Part shown: in pieces, positions 1-13,908 of the stretch
Position numbering within the stretch: position 1 is the first letter of the stretch
Layout of the letters: every line of letters begins with the position of its first letter
DNA from: Tagaea sp.
Lineage (GTDB): Bacteria > Pseudomonadota > Alphaproteobacteria > CACIAM-22H2
Assembly: GCA_965279525.1 (NCBI GenBank)
Contig: CBDIIB010000005.1
Span: 1,536,001-1,600,000, forward strand
Direction of reading: 5' to 3'
DNA: 64,000 nucleotides
Position numbers and translations under genes: made by a program
The notes under the pieces: model-generated
What the model saw: the letters and a program-made list of their open reading frames with translations, nothing else
Told to the model about the DNA's origin: nothing
The model's database searches: none

Positions 1-371
1 TTCGTCCATGCGTCGAACCCCGGCCCGAGGCCGATGGAAAGGGGGGCCTCGCCGCGGATGTCGTCCGGCGTCACGCGCTTGCGCAAGCGTGCATCGACCA
101 GCACGTCGGGGCGGAACGTCCTGCGCGCGCCGTCATAGGGCAGGGAAGTCGCGACAAGTCCTTCGGCGAAATCGTCGGCCGCGTCGACGCGCCGGCAGAT
201 CAGTCCTTCGAGGGTCGAGGCACCGTCGAACATCGCGTCGGCGAAGCTCATCGCGCGCCGGTGCGTGGCCGGTGCCTCCACATCGTGGATCAGCACGGTG
301 TGGCCCGCCAGGCGCAGCGCATGCGCCACGGCCGAGCCCACGTCGCCGATCCCGCGCACGAGGACACGCAT
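1..371 (-). CDS. YqeB/EF2563-like selenium-dependent molybdenum hydroxylase accessory protein (partial, runs off the window start)
   Basis: Not in the ORF track. Manual translation from ATG at 371: MRVLVRGIGDVGSAVAHALRLAGHTVLIHDVEAPATHRRAMSFADAMFDG...PDVLVDARLRKR...APLSIGLGPGF. The RGxGD, RRxxxF, VDA and IGLGPGF motifs are typical of YqeB. Confidence 0.7.
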   Translation of the reverse strand, partial: MRVLVRGIGDVGSAVAHALRLAGHTVLIHDVEAPATHRRAMSFADAMFDGASTLEGLICRRVDAADDFAEGLVATSLPYDGARRTFRPDVLVDARLRKRVTPDDIRGEAPLSIGLGPGFDAWT

Positions 372-381
372 CAAGGCGCCT

Positions 382-1458
382 TCAGTGCGGGAAGGGCCAG
401 AGCCGCAGCTTTTCCTTGCCGATCTGCCAGAGCCTGGCAAGGCCGTGCGGCTCGACGATCAGGAAGAACACGATGAGGCCGCCGAAGATCATGAACTCCA
501 TGTGCGCGATCATCGAGGTGGAGAGCGGCACGCCGATGGCCGTGGGCACCGAGTTGAGGAAGATCGGCAGCATGACGATGAAGGCCGCCCCCAGGAACGA
601 GCCGAGGATGGAGCCCAGGCCCCCGATGATGATCATGAACAGGATCTGGAACGAGCGGTTGATGTCGAAGGCGAGCGCTTCGACCGAGCTCGTGTAGATG
701 AACGCCCACAGCGCGCCCGCCACACCGCAGTAGAACGACGAGACCGCGAAGGCGAGGAGCTTGGTATGCAGCGGGCGGATGCCGATGATCTCGGCGGCGA
801 TGTCCATGTCGCGGATCGCCATCCACGCGCGCCCGATGCGCCCGCGCACGAGATTCTTGGCGACGAGGGCGAGCACGGCCACGAAGCTGAGGCAGAAGAG
901 ATACTTTGCCTGCGACGTCGCCTCGATGCCGGTGACGAACCAGCCGAACACCGCACGCGGCGGCGCCGAGATCACGCCCGAGGGCGAGTAGTTGACGAAC
1001 CACGGCACCTTGGTGAAGAGCCAGATCAGGAAGAACTGGGCCGCGAGCGTGGCGACCGCAAGATAGAAGCCCTTGATGCGCAGGCTCGGGATCCCGAAGG
1101 CGACGCCGACAAGGGCGGTGATGCCGCCCGACATCAGGAACACGACGACGATGTTGAGTTCCGGGAACGCGGTCGCAAGCTTGTAGGCCGCGTAGGCGCC
1201 GCACGCCATGAAGCCGCCGGTGCCCAGGCTGAGCTGGCCGCAATAGCCGGTGAGGATGTTGAGCCCGAGGGCCGCCACCGCGAAGACGAGGAACGGGATC
1301 AGGATCGTCGACAGGTAATAGTCGCTCGCCGTCAGCGGGATCGCGACGAAGGCGATGGCGAGGATGACCGACAGCGCGATCCGGTCCTGCAGGATCGGGA
1401 AGATCGCCTGGTCGGCGGCATAGCTCGTCTTGAACTGGCCGGCTTCGCGGTAGATCAC
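382..1458 (-). CDS. livM: Branched-chain amino acid-type ABC transporter permease (LivM family)
   Basis: GLNILTGYCGQLSLG, LRIKGFYLAVATLA and IIGGLGS motifs; multiple TM helices. Confidence 0.92.
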   Translation of the reverse strand: MIYREAGQFKTSYAADQAIFPILQDRIALSVILAIAFVAIPLTASDYYLSTILIPFLVFAVAALGLNILTGYCGQLSLGTGGFMACGAYAAYKLATAFPELNIVVVFLMSGGITALVGVAFGIPSLRIKGFYLAVATLAAQFFLIWLFTKVPWFVNYSPSGVISAPPRAVFGWFVTGIEATSQAKYLFCLSFVAVLALVAKNLVRGRIGRAWMAIRDMDIAAEIIGIRPLHTKLLAFAVSSFYCGVAGALWAFIYTSSVEALAFDINRSFQILFMIIIGGLGSILGSFLGAAFIVMLPIFLNSVPTAIGVPLSTSMIAHMEFMIFGGLIVFFLIVEPHGLARLWQIGKEKLRLWPFPH

Positions 1459-1462
1459 GGGA

Positions 1463-2398
1463 TCAGACCCTCTCGATGATGCGTTCGCCGAACAGGCCCT
1501 GCGGCCGGAACATCAGGAAGAACAGCGCCAGCATGTAGGCGAACCAGTCCTCGATGCCGCCGCCGATCTTGGCGGCCCAGAAAACCTCGGCGACCTTCTC
1601 GCCCACGCCGATGATGAGGCCGCCGATGATGGCGCCCGGGATCGACGTGAAGCCGCCCAGGATCAGCACCGGCAGCGCCTTCAGCGCCACGAAGGCGAGC
1701 GAGAACTGCACGCCGAGCTTGGAGCCCCACATGATGCCCGCGACCAGCGCCACGATGCCGGCGACCGACCAGACGATCACCCAGATCGTCTGCAGCGGGA
1801 TGCCGACGGACTGTGCCGCCTGATGGTCGTCGGCAACGGCGCGCAACGCGCGCCCGATGCGCGTCGACTGGAAGAAGAAGGCGAGCGTGGCGACCAGCGC
1901 GCCGGCGACGAGTGCGGCGACGATGTCAAAGGTGTTGATCAGCACGCCGGCGATCTCGATCGGGTCCTTCGGGATGCCGATGTCCAGCCGCTTCACGTCC
2001 TCGCCCCAGATCGACTGGAACAGCCCGTCGATGAAATACGAGATCCCGATCGTCGCCATGAACAGGATGATCGGCGCCTGGTTGACGAGCGGGCGCAGCA
2101 CCACCCGCTCGATCGCGAACGCGAGCGCGATCATCGTGGCGAGTGCGCCGATCATGGCGAGCCAGATCGGAGCACCCAGGTCGATGAAGCCCACGAAAGT
2201 GAGGGCGGCGCACAGCACCATGGCACCTTGCGCGAAATTGAACACGCCCGAGGCCTTGAAGATCAGCACGAAGCCCAGCGCCACGAGGCTGTACATCACG
2301 CCCGACAGCACGCCGCCGACCACGACTTCGACGAAGAACGTGGGGAACTCCCAGATCTCCTTGAGCGGGCCGAAGAGGAAGTCGAGGACGAATTCCAT
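1463..2398 (-). CDS. livH: Branched-chain amino acid-type ABC transporter permease (LivH family)
   Basis: YSLVALGFVLIFKASGVFNFAQG, GRALRAVADD and RPQGLFG motifs. Confidence 0.92.
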   Translation of the reverse strand: MEFVLDFLFGPLKEIWEFPTFFVEVVVGGVLSGVMYSLVALGFVLIFKASGVFNFAQGAMVLCAALTFVGFIDLGAPIWLAMIGALATMIALAFAIERVVLRPLVNQAPIILFMATIGISYFIDGLFQSIWGEDVKRLDIGIPKDPIEIAGVLINTFDIVAALVAGALVATLAFFFQSTRIGRALRAVADDHQAAQSVGIPLQTIWVIVWSVAGIVALVAGIMWGSKLGVQFSLAFVALKALPVLILGGFTSIPGAIIGGLIIGVGEKVAEVFWAAKIGGGIEDWFAYMLALFFLMFRPQGLFGERIIERV

Positions 2399-2409
2399 GC
2401 GTCAGCCTT

Positions 2410-3210
2410 TCACGCGTGTCCCGTGCCCAGATAGGCCTCGATGACCTTCGGGTCGGTCTTGACCGTATCGGGTGTGCCGTCGGCGATCTTGCGGCCGTAT
2501 TCGAGCACGACGACGCGGTCGGAGATGTCCATCACCACGCCCATGTCGTGCTCGATCAGCGCGATGGTCGTGCCGAACTGCTCGTTGACGTCGAGGATGA
2601 AGCGGCACATGTCCTCCTTCTCCTCGAGATTCATGCCCGCCATCGGTTCGTCGAGCAGCAGCAGGTCGGGCTCGGCGGCAAGTGCCCGGCCGAGCTCGAC
2701 GCGCTTCTGCAGCCCGTAGGGCAGCCTTCCGACCGGTGTCTTGCGGATCGCCTGGATCTCGAGGAAGTCGATGACGCGCTCGACGACCTCGCGGTGCTCG
2801 ATCTCCTCGGCACGCGCGGGGCCCCAGTGCAGGCACTGCCACAGGAAGCCGCGCTTCATCTTCAGGAGCCGGCCGGTCATGATGTTGTCGAGCGTCGACA
2901 TGCCCTTGAACAGCGCGATGTTCTGGAACGTGCGCGCGATGCCGTTCTTGGCCGCCTCGTGCGGGCGCATGGCGCCGCGCGTCACGCCCTTGTAGGCGAT
3001 GGAGCCGTGGCTGGGATGGTAGAAGCCGTTGATGCAGTTCAGCATCGACGACTTGCCCGCCCCGTTGGGCCCGATGATCGCGCGGATCTCGCCCTTGCGG
3101 ATGTCGAACGACACGTCGGTCAGCGCCTTCACGCCGCCGAAGCCGAGCGAGACGTTCTCGACCTTCAGCAGCGTGTCGCCGATCTGCCGTGCCGCCGCCG
3201 CCCGCGTCAT
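2410..3210 (-). CDS. livG: ABC transporter ATP-binding protein (LivG family)
   Basis: Walker A GPNGAGKSS, ARTFQN, LPYGLQKRVELGRALA, LLLDEP and VIEAYLG. Confidence 0.93.
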   Translation of the reverse strand: MTRAAAARQIGDTLLKVENVSLGFGGVKALTDVSFDIRKGEIRAIIGPNGAGKSSMLNCINGFYHPSHGSIAYKGVTRGAMRPHEAAKNGIARTFQNIALFKGMSTLDNIMTGRLLKMKRGFLWQCLHWGPARAEEIEHREVVERVIDFLEIQAIRKTPVGRLPYGLQKRVELGRALAAEPDLLLLDEPMAGMNLEEKEDMCRFILDVNEQFGTTIALIEHDMGVVMDISDRVVVLEYGRKIADGTPDTVKTDPKVIEAYLGTGHA

Positions 3211-3213
3211 CCG

Positions 3214-5190
3214 TCAGCCCGCCTTGCGCAGGTCGGTGCGCGCGGGTGCATCGAAGCGCGCCGCCTCGCGGATGGCGAGGTCGGCTTCGATCTTGCCCTT
3301 GCGGCCGTCCTCGAACGTCACGACGGTCGAGATGTGGGCGCGCTCCGTACCCGAATAGAGCCCCTCGACGAGCGGGCCGTAGCGGTCGGCGATGAAGCTG
3401 CGGCGCACCTTGCGCGTGCGCGTGAGTTCGCCGTCGTCGGCGTCGAGTTCCTTGTGGAGCACGAGGAAGCGGCGGATCTGCGAGCCGGCGAGGGCGGGAT
3501 CTTCGGCAAGGTCGCGGTTGACCTTCTCGACGCATTCCTGGATCAGCGCCAGCACTTCGGGCTTGGCCGCCAGTTCCTGGTAGGAGCCGTAGGCGATGCC
3601 CCGCCGCTCGGCCCAGTTGCCCGTCGCCTCGAGATCGATGCTGATGAAGCACGCGGCATGGTCGCGCGCGTGGCCGAAGGCGACGGCTTCCTTGATGTAG
3701 CTGAAGAACTTCAGCTTGTTCTCGAGATATTTCGGCGCGAACAGCGTGCCGTCGCGGAGCTTCCCGACGTCTTTCGCGCGGTCGATGATCTTGAGATGGC
3801 CGTCCTTGTCGAAATAGCCGGCATCGCCGGTCAGGTAGTAGCCGTCGCCGTCCTTGGCCGACGCGGTCGCGAGGTCGTTCTTGTAGTAGCTCTGGAAGAT
3901 GCCGGGCGAGCGCACCAGCACCTCGCCGTTCTCCGCGATCTTGATCTCGACCTCGGGGGCGGGCACGCCGACCGTGTCGGACTTGATCTGCCCGTCGGGC
4001 TGCATGCAGATGAAGACCGAGGTCTCGGTGGCGCCGTAGAGCTGCTTCAGGTTCAGGCCCAGCGACCGGTAGAAATCGAAGATGTCGGGGCCGATCGCCT
4101 CGCCGGCCGTGTAGCCGATGCGCATGCGCGCCAGCCCCAGCGCGTTCTTGAGCGGACCGTAGACCAGCCGTTCGCCGATCGCGAGGAGCAGGCGCTGGAC
4201 GGGCGACACCGGCTTGCCGTCCATCCGCGCGATGCCCGAGCGCTTCGCGATGCCCATGAAGTAGTGGAACATGTTGCGCTTGATCGTGCCGGCATCCTCC
4301 ATGCGGATGGCGACCTGGGTCAGGATGTTCTCGAAGATGCGCGGCGGGGCGAAGAAAAAGCTCGGCCCGATCTCTTTCAGGTCCGTCATCACCGTGGCGC
4401 CCGATTCCGGGCAGCTCACGCAGAAGCCGGCGACGTAGGCCTCGGCATACGAGAAGATGTGGTCGCCGACCCACGCCATCGGCAGATAGGCGAGGATCTC
4501 GTCGGTCTCGCGCAACCCGTCGAAGCGGATCGCGTTCTCGGCCGTGCGGATCACGTTGTCGAAGGTCAGCAGCACGCCCTTGGGCTGGCCGGTGGTTCCC
4601 GACGTGTAGAGCATGACCGAGGCGTCCGAGCCCTTGCCCTTCGCGATCTCGGCATCGAGGAAGCCGGGGTTGGCGAGCGCGTGCGCGTCGCCCGCCTCGA
4701 CCAGCCGGTCGGCGGCGACGAGACCCTCGTCGGTGTAGTTGCGCATGCCGCGCGGGTCGTCATAGACGATCGTTTTCGGCAGGCCGGTGCGCGCGCGGAT
4801 GGCGAGCAGTTTGTCGACCTGCTCCTGGTCCTCGGCGATCGCCACGCGCGCCTCGGCATGGTCGACGACATAGGCCATCTCGTCGGCGACCGCGTCCTGG
4901 TAGACGGGGACGGGGACCGCACCCAGGCACTGGGCGGCGCACATCGACCAGTAGAGTTTCGGGCGGTTGTCGCCGACCAGCACGATCTTGTCGCCGCGCG
5001 CCACGCCGAGCCCGGCAAGGCCGCCGGCGATGCGCCGGATTTCCGCCGCACTTCGGGTCCATGACCAGCTCTGCCAGATGCCCAGTTCCTTCTCGCGCAT
5101 CGCCGGACGCGCCCCGCGCACGCGCACGTTATGCGCGAGCAGCTTGGGAAACGTATCGAGTGCCGGATCGCGGGTCGGGCCTGGCGTCAT
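3214..5190 (-). CDS. Long-chain fatty acid-CoA ligase / AMP-binding enzyme
   Basis: YTSGTTGQPKG, YGATE, TGDAG, IIDRAKD and ELTRTRKVRR motifs; first gene of the LIV-type operon. Confidence 0.92.
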   Translation of the reverse strand: MTPGPTRDPALDTFPKLLAHNVRVRGARPAMREKELGIWQSWSWTRSAAEIRRIAGGLAGLGVARGDKIVLVGDNRPKLYWSMCAAQCLGAVPVPVYQDAVADEMAYVVDHAEARVAIAEDQEQVDKLLAIRARTGLPKTIVYDDPRGMRNYTDEGLVAADRLVEAGDAHALANPGFLDAEIAKGKGSDASVMLYTSGTTGQPKGVLLTFDNVIRTAENAIRFDGLRETDEILAYLPMAWVGDHIFSYAEAYVAGFCVSCPESGATVMTDLKEIGPSFFFAPPRIFENILTQVAIRMEDAGTIKRNMFHYFMGIAKRSGIARMDGKPVSPVQRLLLAIGERLVYGPLKNALGLARMRIGYTAGEAIGPDIFDFYRSLGLNLKQLYGATETSVFICMQPDGQIKSDTVGVPAPEVEIKIAENGEVLVRSPGIFQSYYKNDLATASAKDGDGYYLTGDAGYFDKDGHLKIIDRAKDVGKLRDGTLFAPKYLENKLKFFSYIKEAVAFGHARDHAACFISIDLEATGNWAERRGIAYGSYQELAAKPEVLALIQECVEKVNRDLAEDPALAGSQIRRFLVLHKELDADDGELTRTRKVRRSFIADRYGPLVEGLYSGTERAHISTVVTFEDGRKGKIEADLAIREAARFDAPARTDLRKAG

Positions 5191-5311
5191 GGTCGGTGGT
5201 CTGCCTCTCCCTTTTCGTCACGTGCCCCTTCCTGCGGCCACGTCGACGGTTGTAGAACCCGTCATTCGCGGCAGGACATCGTTCCCGTCCACTTAAGTCG
5301 AAAGGTCGAAC

Positions 5312-6082
5312 TTGGTCAAGCAGAGCACGCCGTTCTTCATCCCGCTCGAAGGCAGGAAGCTGCATGCCGTGCGCATCGACGGGCCGGGCGTGCCGCCGCT
5401 CGTATTCCTGCACGAGGGCCTCGGCTCGATCGCGCAGTGGCGCGACTTTCCCGCCGCCCTGTGCGCCGCTGCCAACCGGCCCGGGATCGTCTACGAGCGT
5501 TTCGGCCACGGCCGCTCCTCGCCGCCGGCGGCGCTGCGCACGCCTTCCTACCTGCATGCCGAGGCGGCCACGCTCGTGGCGGTCCTCGACGCGCTCTCGG
5601 TCCCGAAGGCCGATCTCGTCGGCCATTCCGACGGCGGTTCGATCGCGTTGCTGGCCGGTGCCCGTGCGCCGGCACGTTTCGGGCGCATCGTCACGATGGC
5701 GGCCCACGTGATGGTCGAGGAGGTGACGCTCGCCGGCATCCGGGCCGCCCAGCTCACTTATGCCGGCACGGACCTGCGCGCGCGCCTGATGCGCTATCAC
5801 GGCGAGGGAACCGACGCGCTGTTCCGCGCGTGGGCGGATACCTGGCTGTCCGCACCCTTCCGCACCTGGAACATCGAGGCCGAGCTGCGTGCACTGACCG
5901 CCCCCGTCCTTGCCGTGCAGGGCGAAGCCGACGAATACGGCACGACCGACCAGCTCGCACGCATCAAGGCGGCGGCCGGCGGTCCGTGCGCCACATGGGC
6001 CGTGCCCAAGGCCTCGCACCACCCGCACTTGCAGGCGCGGGCCGAAGTGCTCGACCGGCTGGCGGCGTTCCTCAGGATCTAG
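5312..6082 (+). CDS. Alpha/beta hydrolase
   Basis: FLHEGLGS, nucleophile elbow GHSDGG, QGEADEYG and C-terminal His (HHPH). Confidence 0.88.
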   Translation: MVKQSTPFFIPLEGRKLHAVRIDGPGVPPLVFLHEGLGSIAQWRDFPAALCAAANRPGIVYERFGHGRSSPPAALRTPSYLHAEAATLVAVLDALSVPKADLVGHSDGGSIALLAGARAPARFGRIVTMAAHVMVEEVTLAGIRAAQLTYAGTDLRARLMRYHGEGTDALFRAWADTWLSAPFRTWNIEAELRALTAPVLAVQGEADEYGTTDQLARIKAAAGGPCATWAVPKASHHPHLQARAEVLDRLAAFLRI

Positions 6083-6086
6083 CGGC

Positions 6087-8636
<2,550 letters not shown>

Positions 8637-8702
8637 TTTCGTCTCGTCCTTGGCGTGGCCGGAAAGCTGCCCGGAAACGGCCCCAATATGGACGCAAGAC
8701 AG

Positions 8703-8718
8703 TTAACAAGTGTTTGAC
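8703..8718 (-). promoter_or_regulatory. Candidate CtrA box upstream of the histidine kinase
   Basis: TTAA-caagtgt-TTGAC, one mismatch to TTAA-N7-TTAA(C). Confidence 0.4.
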
Positions 8719-8856
8719 GAAGCGTGGTTCCGGCCGGGATCGCCGGGCCGCGAACATATCGCGAAAATTGCGGCACCGCACTTCAACGCGCCGGGCGGGC
8801 GTGCTATCCAAGGCGCAGTGTTTTCTTTCGCATCAGGGATATAGGGGAGATCGCCC

Positions 8857-11547
<2,691 letters not shown>

Positions 11548-11565
11548 GGAACGCTCCGGACCGGA

Positions 11566-11602
11566 GAAAACCCCGCCGGGCGACCGGCGGGGTTTTTCGT
11601 TT
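11566..11602 (+). terminator. Rho-independent terminator after acnA
   Basis: Stem CCCCGCCGG, loop GCGA, stem CCGGCGGGG, then TTTTTCGTTT; an A-tract precedes the stem. Confidence 0.9.
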
Positions 11603-11614
11603 CGGGGTGATCCG

Positions 11615-12001
11615 ATGGTTCTGGAAATCGTACCGGTCTACGCGGCCCTGCTCGGGCTGCTCTATCTCTTCCTCACCGTGCGCGCGATCGGTGCGCGGCG
11701 CACCGGGCGCAAGGCGATCGGCCCGCTGGGCGAGGAGCGACTCGACCGGCGCGTGCGCGCGCACGCGAACTTCGCCGAGTATGCGCCGCTCGTCCTGCTG
11801 CTGCTCGCCTTCGCCGAACTGCGCGGGGCCCCGCCGGTCTTCCTGCACGCCACGTGCGCGATGCTCGCCCTCGGGCGCTGCGCGCATGCCTTCGGCGTGT
11901 CGCGCATGCCCGAGAATTTCCGCTGGCGGGTCGCCGGCATGGCCGGAACGCTGACGGCGCTGGCACTTGCAGCGCTGCTGCTGCTGGCCGGCTATCTCTG
12001 A
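11615..12001 (+). CDS. MAPEG family membrane protein (YecN-like)
   Basis: RAHANFAEYAPL and GRxAHAFG motifs; hydrophobic helices. Confidence 0.88.
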   Translation: MVLEIVPVYAALLGLLYLFLTVRAIGARRTGRKAIGPLGEERLDRRVRAHANFAEYAPLVLLLLAFAELRGAPPVFLHATCAMLALGRCAHAFGVSRMPENFRWRVAGMAGTLTALALAALLLLAGYL

Positions 12002-12002
12002 G

Positions 12003-12263
12003 CTAGAGCGTCACGCCGGGGTCCTTGGGTGCGGGCTTGGCAGCATCGTTGCGCTGCGGGTTGAGCCGGCGGATCGTGATGTTGCCGTCGGCATCCATCT
12101 CAGGCGCGGCGTATTGCGGCAGGTTGGCGATCACGCCCCGCAGCGCTTCGATCATCTTGCCGATGGCCTCGCGCGCCAGCGTTTCCGGCGGCACGGTCGT
12201 GCCTTGCGCGAAAGCCGGCGTGGCGAGGAGAAGGCCCGCAAGGGCCAGGGCCTTGATTTGCAT
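12003..12263 (-). CDS. Small secreted hypothetical protein
   Basis: GGAGG RBS; signal peptide ending in AFA; YAAPEMDADGNITIRR resembles a motif of small alphaproteobacterial proteins. Confidence 0.75.
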   Translation of the reverse strand: MQIKALALAGLLLATPAFAQGTTVPPETLAREAIGKMIEALRGVIANLPQYAAPEMDADGNITIRRLNPQRNDAAKPAPKDPGVTL

Positions 12264-12316
12264 GGGAACCTCCAATTGTCTGCCGCGACAACGGACGGCC
12301 CGGTGCGATTAATCCC

Positions 12317-13600
12317 TCACGTCACCTTGGCGCGGACGTGGAACTTCGGCTCCTCGTAGGCGCGCGTCTCGATCACGTCGACGAGATTGGCGGCCGCGTC
12401 CCACACGTCGACATGGCGCAGATAGAGCGGGGCGAAGCCGAAGCGCAGGATGTCGGGCGTGCGGAAATCGCCCACGACGCGCCTTGCCACCAGCGCCTGC
12501 ACGATCGCGTAGCCGTGTTCGTGGCGGTAGCAGACCTGGCTGCCGCGGCTTTCGAATTCGCGCGGACTGGCGCGCGTCAGGCCCAGCCGGCCGGCGAGCG
12601 AGTCCACGAGGATGCGGAAGATCTCGGTCAGCGCTTCTGACTTGGCACGGATGTCGGCCATCTTCCAGGGCAGCAGCGTGTCCACGCCGCATTCCAGCGC
12701 CACCAGCGACAGGATCGGCGGCGACGAGACGATCGCGCGCGCGATCCCGTCGGCCGGGCGGTAGCCGGTCTCGAAATCGAACGGCTTGGCGTGCCCGAGC
12801 CAGCCCTGCAAAGCCGGCACGAAACTCTTCTGCAGACGTTCGGCGACATAGAGGAATGCCGGCGCACCCGGCCCGCCATTCAGATACTTGTAGCCGCAGC
12901 CCACCGCATAGTCGGCATCCGCACCGGCAAGATCGACGGGAAGTGCCCCCGCCGAGTGGGCGAGATCCCAGATCGCCAACGCGCCCTTCGCGTGTGCGGC
13001 CTTCGTCACCGCCGCCATGTCGTGGAGATCGCCCGTGCGGTAATCGACCTGCGTGAGCATCACGGCGGCCGTGTCGGCGTCGATGGCGCCGATCACGTCC
13101 TCGGCGGAATCGACCAGACGCAGCCGGTGGCCCTGCCCCAGCGTGCGGAACAGGCCTTCGGCCACGTAAAGGTCGGTCGGGAAGTTGGAGCGCTCGGAAA
13201 CCACCGTGCGCCGTTCGGGCCGTTCAGCCAGTGCTGCGGCGAGCAGCTTGTAGAGATTGAGGCTCGTCGTGTCGCACGCGACGACGGTGCCTGCGGGCGC
13301 ACCCACCAGCGTGGCGATCTTGTCGCCGATGCGGGCCGGCAACTCCATCCAGCCATGCTTGGTCCAGCCGGCGATCAGGTCCTCGCCCCATTGCGCGCGC
13401 ACCGTGTCGAACACGCGGTTCGCCGTACCGCGCGGCAGCACGCCCAGCGAGTTGCCGTCGAGATAGATGAGGCCATGCGGGATGTGGAACTGGTCGCGCG
13501 CACCGGCCAGCGGATCGCGCGAATCCATCGCCTTGGCATCGGCGCGCGTCGGGGCCGATGCGGGAAACGGCGAATGGCGGTCGAGCGAGGCGGGCGGCAT
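12317..13600 (-). CDS. kynU: Kynureninase
   Basis: IYLDGNSLG, NFPTDLY, WDLAHSAGA, PLP-lysine motif GCGYKYLNGGPG and GDFRxPDILRFG; exact start uncertain. Confidence 0.95.
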   Translation of the reverse strand: MPPASLDRHSPFPASAPTRADAKAMDSRDPLAGARDQFHIPHGLIYLDGNSLGVLPRGTANRVFDTVRAQWGEDLIAGWTKHGWMELPARIGDKIATLVGAPAGTVVACDTTSLNLYKLLAAALAERPERRTVVSERSNFPTDLYVAEGLFRTLGQGHRLRLVDSAEDVIGAIDADTAAVMLTQVDYRTGDLHDMAAVTKAAHAKGALAIWDLAHSAGALPVDLAGADADYAVGCGYKYLNGGPGAPAFLYVAERLQKSFVPALQGWLGHAKPFDFETGYRPADGIARAIVSSPPILSLVALECGVDTLLPWKMADIRAKSEALTEIFRILVDSLAGRLGLTRASPREFESRGSQVCYRHEHGYAIVQALVARRVVGDFRTPDILRFGFAPLYLRHVDVWDAAANLVDVIETRAYEEPKFHVRAKVT

Positions 13601-13640
13601 GCCCTGCAACTAGAACCGTGCCCGGCGCCAGTTTCAATGG

Positions 13641-13871
13641 TTACATGCTGGAGAAGAGCAGATAGGCAAGCGAGCCGGCGACCGCGAGCAGAAGTACGAT
13701 CATCAGTCGGTTGTTGAACCGGTCGTGTTCGGGAATCGGATTGGGTGTAAACGCCTCATCGAAAAAGAACGATAGAAATCCGGGTCTTCCCGTCGGTATT
13801 GGCGTGTCGGTCTCGCGCCCGTTCTTCGGCGGAGGCGGCATTGCGGAATTCCCGGAATCTTGAAGTCCCAT
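13641..13871 (-). CDS. Small hypothetical membrane protein with a C-terminal TM helix
   Basis: GGAG RBS before ATG; C-terminal hydrophobic stretch LMIVLLLAVAGSLAYLLF; fills the htpG-kynU gap. Confidence 0.55.
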   Translation of the reverse strand: MGLQDSGNSAMPPPPKNGRETDTPIPTGRPGFLSFFFDEAFTPNPIPEHDRFNNRLMIVLLLAVAGSLAYLLFSSM

Positions 13872-13908
13872 TGCCATCTCCAGCCGATCCCTGATGCCCC
13901 GCGTGTAC

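Noticed and set aside
2416-5064. 882-aa plus-strand ORF
   Set aside because: Antisense shadow of livG and the acyl-CoA ligase. It has no motifs, and stop-free reverse frames are expected at this GC content.
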